A stretch of 64,000 nt of DNA from Prevotella sp. (lineage in GTDB: Bacteria; Bacteroidota; Bacteroidia; Bacteroidales; Bacteroidaceae): NCBI GenBank assembly GCA_017619445.1, contig JAFZSI010000021.1, positions 10,216 through 74,215 of the forward strand, read 5' to 3'. The position numbers and the translations under genes were made by a program. Shown piece after piece: positions 49,026 to 58,105 of this stretch. Every line of letters starts with the position of its first letter. Position 1 is the first letter of the stretch. The notes beneath the pieces are model-generated. The model saw nothing but the letters and a program-made list of their open reading frames with translations. It made no database searches and was not told where the DNA came from.

Positions 49026-50834
49026 TCACAGCTTGAGCAAAAGCCTGTCAAATTCTTGTGCCCCACCTTTCTTTTTGCCGAATATTTTACCTAACATTCT
49101 TCTTCGTGCATTGGAAATGCTGTTTTTTGTTCTTCCTGTTATGTTGATTATTGCATACATGGGCATCTGGAGGCGAACCATCATGCACAACTTCACGTCA
49201 TCATCACTGATTATCTGCGAGCCTCCATTTATCTTAACAAAAAAACCGGGAATGGTATCATTAATCAGTTGACGGAGCTCTGCCCAATCCTCTGTCGTTG
49301 GTCTGCCTTTTGTCTCATTGTTGCCATATTTGAAGAATTTGAGGCTGATGGGAGCAGAACGTAATTTTTCAAATTGTTTCGATTTCAAACGAATTATGTT
49401 TTTTTTGTTATAGCTCTCCAATTCTGCTTCTAATAAATCTATTTCTTCTTGTTTTTCTTCTATCCTCTCAGCTATTTCGCTTTCATTCTCATTCCTTGTT
49501 CTTTCCAGTTCAACCAACGCCAGTTTGAGTACTTCATCTATTGTCTGTCTCTCCTCATCATTATGCTCTTTTATCTGAATGAGGGCTTCCTTCATTTCTT
49601 CCATTTCATTTTCCAGAATAGACTTCTCTTTGTTATAGTTTGCATTCAGGTCTTCCAGCTCTGTCTTGGCTAATTGCAGGCGGGCATAACGGTCATTCAT
49701 TTCTTGCTCGCGCTTTTTTGCCTCTTTTTGTTTCTTTCTCAACCTTAAAATGACTATTGTCGTCAGTAGAAAAAAAACTGCGAGGACAAGTACAATAACA
49801 GTTAGTTTCGTTTCCGCTCTGCGGGCTTTTGCTGATTCTTTCTCTGCAATGCGCTGAAGACGGGTGTAGTTGTATTGGGCCTGATTCCTTTGATAGTCGG
49901 TGGTTGCAAGCTCCCTGTGTGTGGAGTCGTTAAGGGCGTAGGCCAGCATTGCATGCTTCAACCCCAGCTCATTTTTGCCCAGTTTCTGATACACCTGTGC
50001 CAGGCCATAGTTCGCACATTCTTTGTGATTAGAGTTTTTTGCCTCTCTTAATAGCTTATTAAAGAAGAAAGTAGCAGAATCTGTACGATTTGTCTTTAAG
50101 AAATAGAGTCCTTTCAGGTAATAGTATATCTCCAATCCTTTTTTGATGTTCTGTTTGTCGTCAAAAAGTCCTTTTACACCCTCATATCGGTTAAAAAAAA
50201 CTCTCGCTTCCTCATACTCTCCTTTTTCCAGCAAGATGTCTATCACAGCACCCATGGCCATGGCAGCCAAAGAATCTTCTCTTATACTGTCATAAGCATC
50301 ACGGGCCCGCTTAGCGATGGCAACAGCGGAATCCGGCTTGTTAAGCAGTTCATAAACCCTCGCCCTATATGTAAGTGATGCGAGACTTGCCATCGTGTCA
50401 TTGCATAAAGTAGAATACTTTTCTGACATTTCAAACTCATCAAGGGCATTCAAAGGAGAAGATTGATGTAAAAAAAGATATGCCAAATGTCCATGAATCC
50501 GACTTAGAGTCTTATAGTCACAATCTTCTGCTGTTGTATCCGCCCGTTCCGCGGCCTCTTGAAAGAAATGCAGGGCAGCCGGTTTCTCCCCCATGTCATC
50601 GTATGCACGTGCTATAATATAGTTAGCGCGCATCTGTTCGTTAGCAGAGCCGTGGCGGTTGAAATAATCGACGACCATGCGGATGGAGTCAACGTTGGTG
50701 ATGGAGTCGTAGGCAAGGTTCTGCTCCTGCGCGTGGTCGAGCACGCGGGTGAACTGTCCGCGCCTGTGCTGCGACGGCGATGTGCAGGCTGCGAGGATGG
50801 TAATCGCGAGAAGTGCGGTTGTGAAGTGTTTCAT
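49026..50834 (-). CDS. Lipoprotein TPR sensor with a TM and a C-terminal HTH-like domain
   Basis: Lipobox LAAC, TPR helices, TM (LTVIVLVLAVFF), coiled coil, DW.EL..IN..F..LCMMVRL..SNARRRM..KIF. Confidence 0.8.
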   Translation of the reverse strand: MKHFTTALLAITILAACTSPSQHRRGQFTRVLDHAQEQNLAYDSITNVDSIRMVVDYFNRHGSANEQMRANYIIARAYDDMGEKPAALHFFQEAAERADTTAEDCDYKTLSRIHGHLAYLFLHQSSPLNALDEFEMSEKYSTLCNDTMASLASLTYRARVYELLNKPDSAVAIAKRARDAYDSIREDSLAAMAMGAVIDILLEKGEYEEARVFFNRYEGVKGLFDDKQNIKKGLEIYYYLKGLYFLKTNRTDSATFFFNKLLREAKNSNHKECANYGLAQVYQKLGKNELGLKHAMLAYALNDSTHRELATTDYQRNQAQYNYTRLQRIAEKESAKARRAETKLTVIVLVLAVFFLLTTIVILRLRKKQKEAKKREQEMNDRYARLQLAKTELEDLNANYNKEKSILENEMEEMKEALIQIKEHNDEERQTIDEVLKLALVELERTRNENESEIAERIEEKQEEIDLLEAELESYNKKNIIRLKSKQFEKLRSAPISLKFFKYGNNETKGRPTTEDWAELRQLINDTIPGFFVKINGGSQIISDDDVKLCMMVRLQMPMYAIINITGRTKNSISNARRRMLGKIFGKKKGGAQEFDRLLLKL

Positions 50835-50962
50835 GATGATTGAAGTTGGAAATATCGTTTTGCAAAGATAGTGCAAAGATAGTGTAAATTGTGGGAAACA
50901 TTTCCCATCTTTCAGAGAAATCTTCATTCTCCGTTAAAAAACCTTGAGGTTTGCACTTTTTC

Positions 50963-51164
50963 GTACCTTTAACTTCGTTGAAGGTAGGCTGCATCTCGGA
51001 AATTCTCAAATAAATTTAAATAAAAAAACTCGCTCGGCAAAGAAAACAGATTTTCTTTGCGCTCACTTACCCGAAATTTTGTACTTTTGACTTCGTCGAA
51101 GATAGGCTGCATCTCGGAAATTCTCAAATAAATTTGGTATTTCTCTCGATTTGCACTATCTTTG
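50963..51164 (+). repeat. Duplicated promoter-hairpin region (P1 partial, P2, P1 complete)
   Basis: TAGGCTGCATCTCGGAAATTCTCAAATAAATTT occurs at about 50985 and 51103; the complete hairpin 51099-51164 ends in TATCTTTG. Confidence 0.75.
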
Positions 51165-51194
51165 CAATTGAATGGCTTCAACAATCTGAAAAAC

Positions 51195-53681
51195 ATGACT
51201 TACAACATTGAAAAGATAACAACCCTGATAGGGGCGCGCCGTTATGGCGTTGGCGAGGCAAGCGTAGGATGGATTCTTACCGACAGCCGCTCGCTCTGTT
51301 TTCCTGAGGAAACTTTGTTTTTCGCACTGCGCACCAAGCGCAATGACGGCCACCGCTACATTGCCGACCTCTACCGGCGCGGTGTGCGTTGCTTCGTGGT
51401 GGAAACGGTGCCCGCCAATTTCGAGACACGCTTCCCCGAGGCCAGTTTCCTGAAGGTGGTCAACACGTTGGCGGCCTTGCAGCGGCTGGCCGAGCGCCAT
51501 CGCGACGAGTTCCGCATTCCCATTGTGGGCATCACGGGTTCCAACGGCAAGACCATGGTCAAAGAGTGGCTCTATCAGGTGCTCTCGGGCGTGGGTTGCC
51601 CCGCTGGCGGTCCGCACAAGCGCATCACCCGCTCGCCGCGCAGCTATAATTCTCAGATAGGCGTGCCGCTGTCGGTGTGGTTGCTCAACGAACAGACCGA
51701 GGTAGGCATCTTCGAGGCGGGCATCAGCCAGCCTGGTGAGATGCTTGCCTTGCACGACATCATCCAGCCCACCATCGGCGTGCTCACCTCATTGGGCAAT
51801 GCCCACCAGGAGAATTTCCGCTCGATGGAGGAGAAGTGCTTGGAGAAACTGCAGCTGTTCCACGACACCGAGGCCATTGTCTATTGTTCGGACGATGACA
51901 CTGTGAGCCGGTGCATACGCCGTTCGCAATACCGTGGGGTGCGCCTCAATTGGTCGCGCTTCAACCAGGAAGCTCCGATTTACGTGGAGCGGTGCGATGT
52001 GGACGAAGAGCAGTGTGAGATTGTCTATATATATAAAGGTAAGCAGGAGCGGTTCACCATTCCTTTCATCGACGAGGCATCCATCGACAACTCCATCACT
52101 ACGGCTGCCGTGGCCCTGCTCTTGGGATTCACACCCGAACAGATAGCCCAGCGAATGGCACATCTTGAGCCTGTGGCCATGCGACTGGAGGTGAAGCAGG
52201 GTAAACGCGGTTGCACGTTGGTCAACGACTCGTACAACAGCGACATCAACTCGCTCGACATTGCTCTCGACTTTGCCAACCGTCGCGAACAGACCTGCAC
52301 GCTCATCCTGAGCGACATTGACCAGAGCGGCGAGCAGCCCGAGGCTCTCTATGCCGAAGTGGCCGAACTGCTCAGAAAGCGTGGCATTAGCAAACTCATC
52401 GGCATTGGCCCCCAGATTTCCTCGCAGCAGCAGCTGTTCAGCGTGGGCGAGAAGCATTTCTTTGACACCACCGGCCAGTTTGAGGCCAGTCCGGTGTTCA
52501 TGCAGCTGCACAACGAGCTGATTCTGCTCAAGGGCTCGCGCCGCTTTGGCTTTGACCTGCTGGCCGAGCTCATGGAAGAAAAGGTGCACGAGACCATCCT
52601 TGAGGTAAACCTGAATGCCATGGTTGAAAACCTGAACCACTTCCGCTCATTCCTTAAACCGGAGACCAAAATGGTGTGCATGATCAAGGCCGACGGCTAT
52701 GGCGCAGGTGCCGTGGAAATAGCCAAGACGCTGCAGGAGCATCGCGTTGACTACTTGGCTGTGGCTGTGGCCGACGAGGGTGTGGTTCTGCGCAAGGCGG
52801 GCATCACGAGCAACATCATGATTATGAACCCCGAGCTGACGGCTTTCAAAACCATGTTTGACTACAACTTGGAGCCCGAGGTGTATTCGTTCAGACTGCT
52901 CGACGCACTCATCAGGGCGGCGCGCAAGGAAGGTATCACCGGATGGCCCGTACACATTAAGCTCGACACAGGTATGCACCGCTTGGGCTTCGACCCGCGT
53001 CACGACATGGACCGGCTCGTGGAACAGTTGAGTCAGCAGCAGGCTGTCATTCCGCGCTCGGTGTTCTCGCACTTCGTGGGCAGCGACAGCGACGACTTTG
53101 ATAACTTCTCGGCCCATCAGTTCGAGCTCTTCACCGAGGGCAGCAACAAACTGCAAGCCGCATTCAGCCACCATATACTGCGACACATGGACAACTCGGC
53201 GGGCATTGAGCATTTCCCGGAACGCCAGATGGATATGTGCCGTTTGGGCATAGGGTTGTATGGCGTGGATCCGCGCGACAACAGCATCCTACACACCGTT
53301 TCCACACTCAAGACCACCATCCTGCAACTGCGCCATGTGCCCAAAGAGGAAACCGTGGGCTACAGCCGCAAAGGCCATCTGGAGCGCGACAGCGTGATTG
53401 CGGCTATACCTATCGGCTATGCCGACGGGCTGGACCGCCACTTAGGTCGCGGGCGGTGCTACTGCTTAGTGAACGGACAACAGGCTCCATACGTGGGCAA
53501 CATTTGCATGGATGTGGCTATGATTGATGTCACCGACATACCATGCCGCGAGGGCGACACAGTGGAGATTTTTGGTGAGCATTTGCCTGTGACCGTTCTG
53601 AGCGACGTGCTCGACACCATACCCTACGAGGTACTTACGGGTGTGAGCAGCCGCGTGAAGCGGGTGTATTATCAAGGATAG
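51195..53681 (+). CDS. alr: Bifunctional MurF-like ligase / alanine racemase
   Basis: GITGSNGKT, NDSYN, LLKGSR; MIKADGYG, HIKLDTGMHRLG, IGYADG, ICMD, TIPYE. Confidence 0.93.
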   Translation: MTYNIEKITTLIGARRYGVGEASVGWILTDSRSLCFPEETLFFALRTKRNDGHRYIADLYRRGVRCFVVETVPANFETRFPEASFLKVVNTLAALQRLAERHRDEFRIPIVGITGSNGKTMVKEWLYQVLSGVGCPAGGPHKRITRSPRSYNSQIGVPLSVWLLNEQTEVGIFEAGISQPGEMLALHDIIQPTIGVLTSLGNAHQENFRSMEEKCLEKLQLFHDTEAIVYCSDDDTVSRCIRRSQYRGVRLNWSRFNQEAPIYVERCDVDEEQCEIVYIYKGKQERFTIPFIDEASIDNSITTAAVALLLGFTPEQIAQRMAHLEPVAMRLEVKQGKRGCTLVNDSYNSDINSLDIALDFANRREQTCTLILSDIDQSGEQPEALYAEVAELLRKRGISKLIGIGPQISSQQQLFSVGEKHFFDTTGQFEASPVFMQLHNELILLKGSRRFGFDLLAELMEEKVHETILEVNLNAMVENLNHFRSFLKPETKMVCMIKADGYGAGAVEIAKTLQEHRVDYLAVAVADEGVVLRKAGITSNIMIMNPELTAFKTMFDYNLEPEVYSFRLLDALIRAARKEGITGWPVHIKLDTGMHRLGFDPRHDMDRLVEQLSQQQAVIPRSVFSHFVGSDSDDFDNFSAHQFELFTEGSNKLQAAFSHHILRHMDNSAGIEHFPERQMDMCRLGIGLYGVDPRDNSILHTVSTLKTTILQLRHVPKEETVGYSRKGHLERDSVIAAIPIGYADGLDRHLGRGRCYCLVNGQQAPYVGNICMDVAMIDVTDIPCREGDTVEIFGEHLPVTVLSDVLDTIPYEVLTGVSSRVKRVYYQG

Positions 53682-53694
53682 AAGAGAGAGGAAA

Positions 53695-53818
53695 TTTACA
53701 ATTTGACAATTTACAATTTTGGGGAGGTACGGAGGTACGGAGGTACGGGGGTACGAGATATGCTCCTTTACTCCTTTACTCCTTTACTCCCTTGATTTAC
53801 AATTTACAATTTGCAATT
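53695..53818. repeat. TTTACAA heptamers flanking a composite GGTACG / CTCCTTTA repeat
   Basis: Direct reading of the tandem units. Confidence 0.8.
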
Positions 53819-53936
53819 AGGAGTTAAGGCTGTTAAGAAGAAAACCTCCGACCTCGAACCTCTATGACTGAAAACGTTTTCATTGAAAAGTTCAGTGTTT
53901 AAAGTCAATAGTTCAAAGTTTTTTCTTACCTTTGCA

Positions 53937-54064
53937 TAAGATAAGCTGCATCTCAGCATAAGAACAAGTTCTTCTGCGTTCGATTTGCATTATCTTTGCA
54001 TAAAATAAGCTGCATCTCAGCATAAGAACAAGTTCTTCTGCGTTCGATTTGCATTATCTTTGCA
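53937..54064 (+). repeat. 64-bp tandem duplication of promoter hairpin P1
   Basis: ATAAGCTGCATCTCAGCATAAGAACAAGTTCTTCTGCGTTCGATTTGCATTATCTTTGCA occurs twice. Confidence 0.9.
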
Positions 54065-54106
54065 GACATCAAAACCTGAATCATCAAACAAATCTAACAA
54101 TACAAA

Positions 54107-55576
54107 ATGAGCGCTGTACAAACTTCAAAGATGACCAACTACCGTTGGATTATTTGCGCGATGCTGTTTTTCGCGACAACCGTTAACTACATGGACCGTC
54201 AGGTGCTTTCGCTTACGTGGAAAGACTTCATCGCTCCAGAGTTCCATTGGACCGATGCCGACTATGGCACCATTACCTCTGCTTTTTCTATCCTTTATGC
54301 CGTGTTCTGCCTGTTTGCCGGCAAGTTCATTGACTGGATGGGCACCAAGAAAGGCTATCTGTGGGCCATCTTCGTGTGGTCGTTAGGCGCATGTCTTCAT
54401 GCCGTCTGCGGCTGGGTGACCATGAAATATGTCGGGCTGGCCGACGTGACGGCACTGAAAGCTGTTGAGGCTGGTTCGATGACCGCATTGAGCATAGCTA
54501 CCGTCAGTGTGTATCTGTTCCTGTTCTGCCGCGCCGTGCTGGCATTGGGTGAGAGCGGAAACTTCCCCGCTGCCATCAAGGTAACTGCCGAGTATTTCCC
54601 CAAGAAAGACCGTGCTTTTGCCACCAGCATCTTCAATGCCGGCGCTTCGGTGGGCGCGCTGGCCGCTCCCATCAGCATTCCGCCGCTGGCTGAGGCTTTT
54701 GGTTGGGAGATGGCTTTTGTTATCATTGGTGCACTGGGCTTCATCTGGATGGGCCTGTGGGCTTTTATCTACGACAAGCCCAATAAGAGCAAGCATGTGA
54801 ACGCTGCTGAACTCACCTATATCAATCAGGATGTGGAGACCGACGAGGACCCCAAGGATGCCAACGACGAAGGACCGCAAATCAGTTTTGCCAAGTGTTT
54901 CACGTTCAAGCAGACATGGTCGTTCATTGTGGGTAAGTTCATGACCGACGGTGTGTGGTGGTTCTATCTGTTCTGGGCCCCCGCTTATTTCTCCGACCAG
55001 TTTGGTTACAAGTCAAGCTCAACCATGGGCCAGCTGCTCATTTTTGTGCTCTATCTCATTGTTACCGTGGTGAGCATTTTCGGCGGTTATCTGCCCAAAC
55101 TGTTTGTCGAGCGGCGCGGCATGAACCCCTACGCTGGCCGTATGCTTGCCATGCTCATTTTTGCCTTCTTCCCCCTGTTTGCATTGTTTGCTCAGCCGTT
55201 GGCCATGTGGCAGGGTAGCCCCATTGACCCGGCATGGTGGCCCGCCATTATCATTGGTCTGGCCGGTGCAGGACACCAGGCATGGAGTGCCAACATCTTC
55301 TCGACCGTTGGCGACATGTTCCCCAAATCCACCATTGCCACCATTACCGGCATTGGTGCCATGGCCGGAGGCTTGGGCTCGATGCTCATCAACAAGATTT
55401 CTGGCAACCTGTTCACATACGCTGAGGGCCAAGGCTCGGCCTTCACGTTCCTCGGCTATGAGGGCAAACCAGGAGCCTATATGATTGTCTTCTGTTTCTG
55501 TGCCGTTGCCTATCTTATCGGCTGGATTATCATGAAGACGCTTGTGCCCAAGTACAAGCCTGTGGTAGTGGAGTAG
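54107..55576 (+). CDS. MFS transporter (ExuT hexuronate transporter-like)
   Basis: RWIICAMLFFATTVNYMDRQ, GESGNFPAAIK..AEYFP.KDRA.AT. Confidence 0.88.
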   Translation: MSAVQTSKMTNYRWIICAMLFFATTVNYMDRQVLSLTWKDFIAPEFHWTDADYGTITSAFSILYAVFCLFAGKFIDWMGTKKGYLWAIFVWSLGACLHAVCGWVTMKYVGLADVTALKAVEAGSMTALSIATVSVYLFLFCRAVLALGESGNFPAAIKVTAEYFPKKDRAFATSIFNAGASVGALAAPISIPPLAEAFGWEMAFVIIGALGFIWMGLWAFIYDKPNKSKHVNAAELTYINQDVETDEDPKDANDEGPQISFAKCFTFKQTWSFIVGKFMTDGVWWFYLFWAPAYFSDQFGYKSSSTMGQLLIFVLYLIVTVVSIFGGYLPKLFVERRGMNPYAGRMLAMLIFAFFPLFALFAQPLAMWQGSPIDPAWWPAIIIGLAGAGHQAWSANIFSTVGDMFPKSTIATITGIGAMAGGLGSMLINKISGNLFTYAEGQGSAFTFLGYEGKPGAYMIVFCFCAVAYLIGWIIMKTLVPKYKPVVVE

Positions 55577-55711
55577 AACCGTTTTTGAGTTCTAAACGAC
55601 AAGTTATGAGTTAAGAGTTATGATTACCTTTCAAATAGGCAAAGGAAATCATAACTCTTAAATCTGATTTTTGAACTCATAATTCAAAAATAGTTTTTCC
55701 CCAATTCAAGA

Positions 55712-57778
55712 ATGAAGAAAATTCGTTTCAATGAGCGCGAAGTGTTGGTGTTCAGGCAATTTAGCCGAAAGAACTACGCGCTGTTCAGCTGTCTGGGTAA
55801 GGTGGTGCTTATCGGCACCCTCAGCGTGATGACGCTGACATACGCCAAGGCTGACGGCATGAGCACCCACACCGACGTTCCAGACACGGTAAGCCTTTCG
55901 GGCACAAAAACCGTGGTGCTCGACGAACTGAAAGTAACCAGCTCGCGCGCTCCGCTGACGCTGTTGCAGTCAGCAAAAATCGTCGCGGTCATTACCCGCG
56001 ACGACATTCATCGTGCGGCAGTAACGACCGTTAACGATGTGTTGAAATTAGCCACAGGCGTGGATGTCCGTCAGCGCGGTGGCTTTGGTGTACAGACGGA
56101 CATCAGCATCAACGGCGGCACGTTCGACCAGATTACCATTCTGTTGAATGGCATTTGTGTGTCGAATCCCCAGACTGGTCACAACGCCGCCGACTTCCCC
56201 GTAGGACTGAACGATATTGAGCGGATTGAGGTGCTCGAAGGTGCCAATGCCGCTGTGTTTGGAAGCAATGCTTTCAGCGGAGCCATCAATATCGTTACAC
56301 GCAATCCAATTGACAACAATTGCAAGACTTTGCTCAAAGCCAATTTGGAAGGAGGCTCATACGGCACCGTGGGGGCTGGCTTAGGTATTGAGAGCCTCTA
56401 CAAGGGAACAGCCCGTCATGCCAGTGCTGGCTTCAGCCGTTCGGATGGAGGCATTGAACACAGTGATTTCCAGAAAGGGCGCTTGTTCTACGCCACCCGC
56501 TGGCACACTACAAATACTGACATCCATTTGCAGCTTGGCGCCAATGTGCAGAGTTTCGGGGCAAGCACCTTCTACAGCAGTAAGTTCAACAACCAGTTTG
56601 AGCACAACGAGCACGTTGTGGCTTCGCTGTCAGCAACCGTGAAAGATGTTCTGCGCGGACTCGACATCAAGCCTGTGCTCTACTTCAACCATTTCAGTGA
56701 CCACTATCAGCTCATCCGCGGCCAAGAGGGAGCAGACAATGGCGAGAATTACCACAGACTCAATATAGTTGGGGCGTCGATAAGCCTCAACTATTCATGG
56801 GCTATGGGCGAGACGGCCATAGGGGCAGATGTTACACAGGAGCGCATTCTGAGCACTGCCTACGGCCGTCTGCTGCCCGAAAACAAGTGGAGAGACATTG
56901 AAAATAGCGACCGTAAGTACGACCATAAAGGCGGACGCACCAACAACAGTTTTTTTGCCGAGCACAATGTGCTGCTCGACCGCTGGACATTCAGCGCCGG
57001 GCTGCTTTTGAACAGGAACACCGGGCTTGACGGCGACTATCGTCTGTATCCCGGCATAGATGTAGCATTCCGGCCGACAAACCGTTGGAAAATCTTTGCC
57101 TCGTGGAACAAGGCACTACGAATGCCAACCTACACCGACCTGTATATCTCGAACAAGGTGCAACAGGGTGACACAAACCTGAGGCCAGAGAAAAACGACA
57201 CCTACAAAACCGGCGCACGATTCAGCAACCAGCGACTCACAGCCACCCTCAGTGCGTTCTACAGTCACGGTACCGACATGATTGACTGGGTGTATATGAG
57301 TGCAGATGCTACGAAATATCATGCCATGAACATTGGCCGACTGAACAACATGGGTGCGTCAGTTGACATGACAATTCATTTCAGTTCAAAGCTCAAAGCT
57401 CAAAGTTCAAAGTTGAAAATCGGCTACGCCTATATCCATCAGAACTACCACACACCTTCCCCCTCCGGGGGGACAATGGGGGGCTTCATCTATAAGTCGC
57501 TCTATGCCCTGGAGTATCTTCGCCACAAGGTCACCGCAACGCTCGATATGCGGCTCTGGCGCCAGCTCACTGCCACAACAACCCTGCGATGGCAACAGCG
57601 CATGAACGGCTACCACCCCTATTTCAAACTCGACGCAAAGGTGCAATGGAATGCCAGCAGCTATACCCTCTACCTGCAAGCCGACAACCTGACCAACCAC
57701 CGCTATTACGACCTTGCCGGCGTGCCTCAGCCCGGTCTCTGGCTCATGGCTGGCGCAAACATTAGCATCACTCCCTGA
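55712..57778 (+). CDS. TonB-dependent receptor (BtuB-like)
   Basis: Plug motifs GVDVRQRG and IERIEVLEG..GAINIVT; barrel ending PGLWLMAGANI. Confidence 0.88.
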   Translation: MKKIRFNEREVLVFRQFSRKNYALFSCLGKVVLIGTLSVMTLTYAKADGMSTHTDVPDTVSLSGTKTVVLDELKVTSSRAPLTLLQSAKIVAVITRDDIHRAAVTTVNDVLKLATGVDVRQRGGFGVQTDISINGGTFDQITILLNGICVSNPQTGHNAADFPVGLNDIERIEVLEGANAAVFGSNAFSGAINIVTRNPIDNNCKTLLKANLEGGSYGTVGAGLGIESLYKGTARHASAGFSRSDGGIEHSDFQKGRLFYATRWHTTNTDIHLQLGANVQSFGASTFYSSKFNNQFEHNEHVVASLSATVKDVLRGLDIKPVLYFNHFSDHYQLIRGQEGADNGENYHRLNIVGASISLNYSWAMGETAIGADVTQERILSTAYGRLLPENKWRDIENSDRKYDHKGGRTNNSFFAEHNVLLDRWTFSAGLLLNRNTGLDGDYRLYPGIDVAFRPTNRWKIFASWNKALRMPTYTDLYISNKVQQGDTNLRPEKNDTYKTGARFSNQRLTATLSAFYSHGTDMIDWVYMSADATKYHAMNIGRLNNMGASVDMTIHFSSKLKAQSSKLKIGYAYIHQNYHTPSPSGGTMGGFIYKSLYALEYLRHKVTATLDMRLWRQLTATTTLRWQQRMNGYHPYFKLDAKVQWNASSYTLYLQADNLTNHRYYDLAGVPQPGLWLMAGANISITP

Positions 57779-57875
57779 ACCGTATGCAGGCTTAACAATC
57801 ATCATCCCACGTTTCAGCAAAGGAAAGTTGCGCTTTACAGCAGCTTTCCTTTGCATTGCCAAAACAACTATCAAC

Positions 57876-58017
57876 TTTACGATAAAATTCTCTAGAAAAT
57901 TTGAGAACAACTATCGACTTTACATAATTAACTCTCAGCAATACAAAAATAACTCTTGACGTTACAAAAATAACTCTCGGCGTTGTTTCAAAATTCTGTA
58001 GAGAATTTGACTACAAC
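57876..58017. repeat. Modular palindromic repeat, cluster 8
   Basis: Palindromes at 57876-57911 and 57982-58017 (gap 70); the second has GTTGT/ACAAC arms. Confidence 0.85.
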
Positions 58018-58105
58018 GCCCAGAGTTGTTATTTGCTGTTCGGTTTTCCTAAAAAGGAAACAATGCTTTATGGTTCTAAAGTCAACAAAGGGGGAATGCC
58101 TGTGG

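Noticed and set aside
55577-55711. Cobalamin riboswitch ahead of the BtuB-like receptor
   Set aside because: The short intergenic region is filled by a hairpin repeat; no B12-box motifs were seen.
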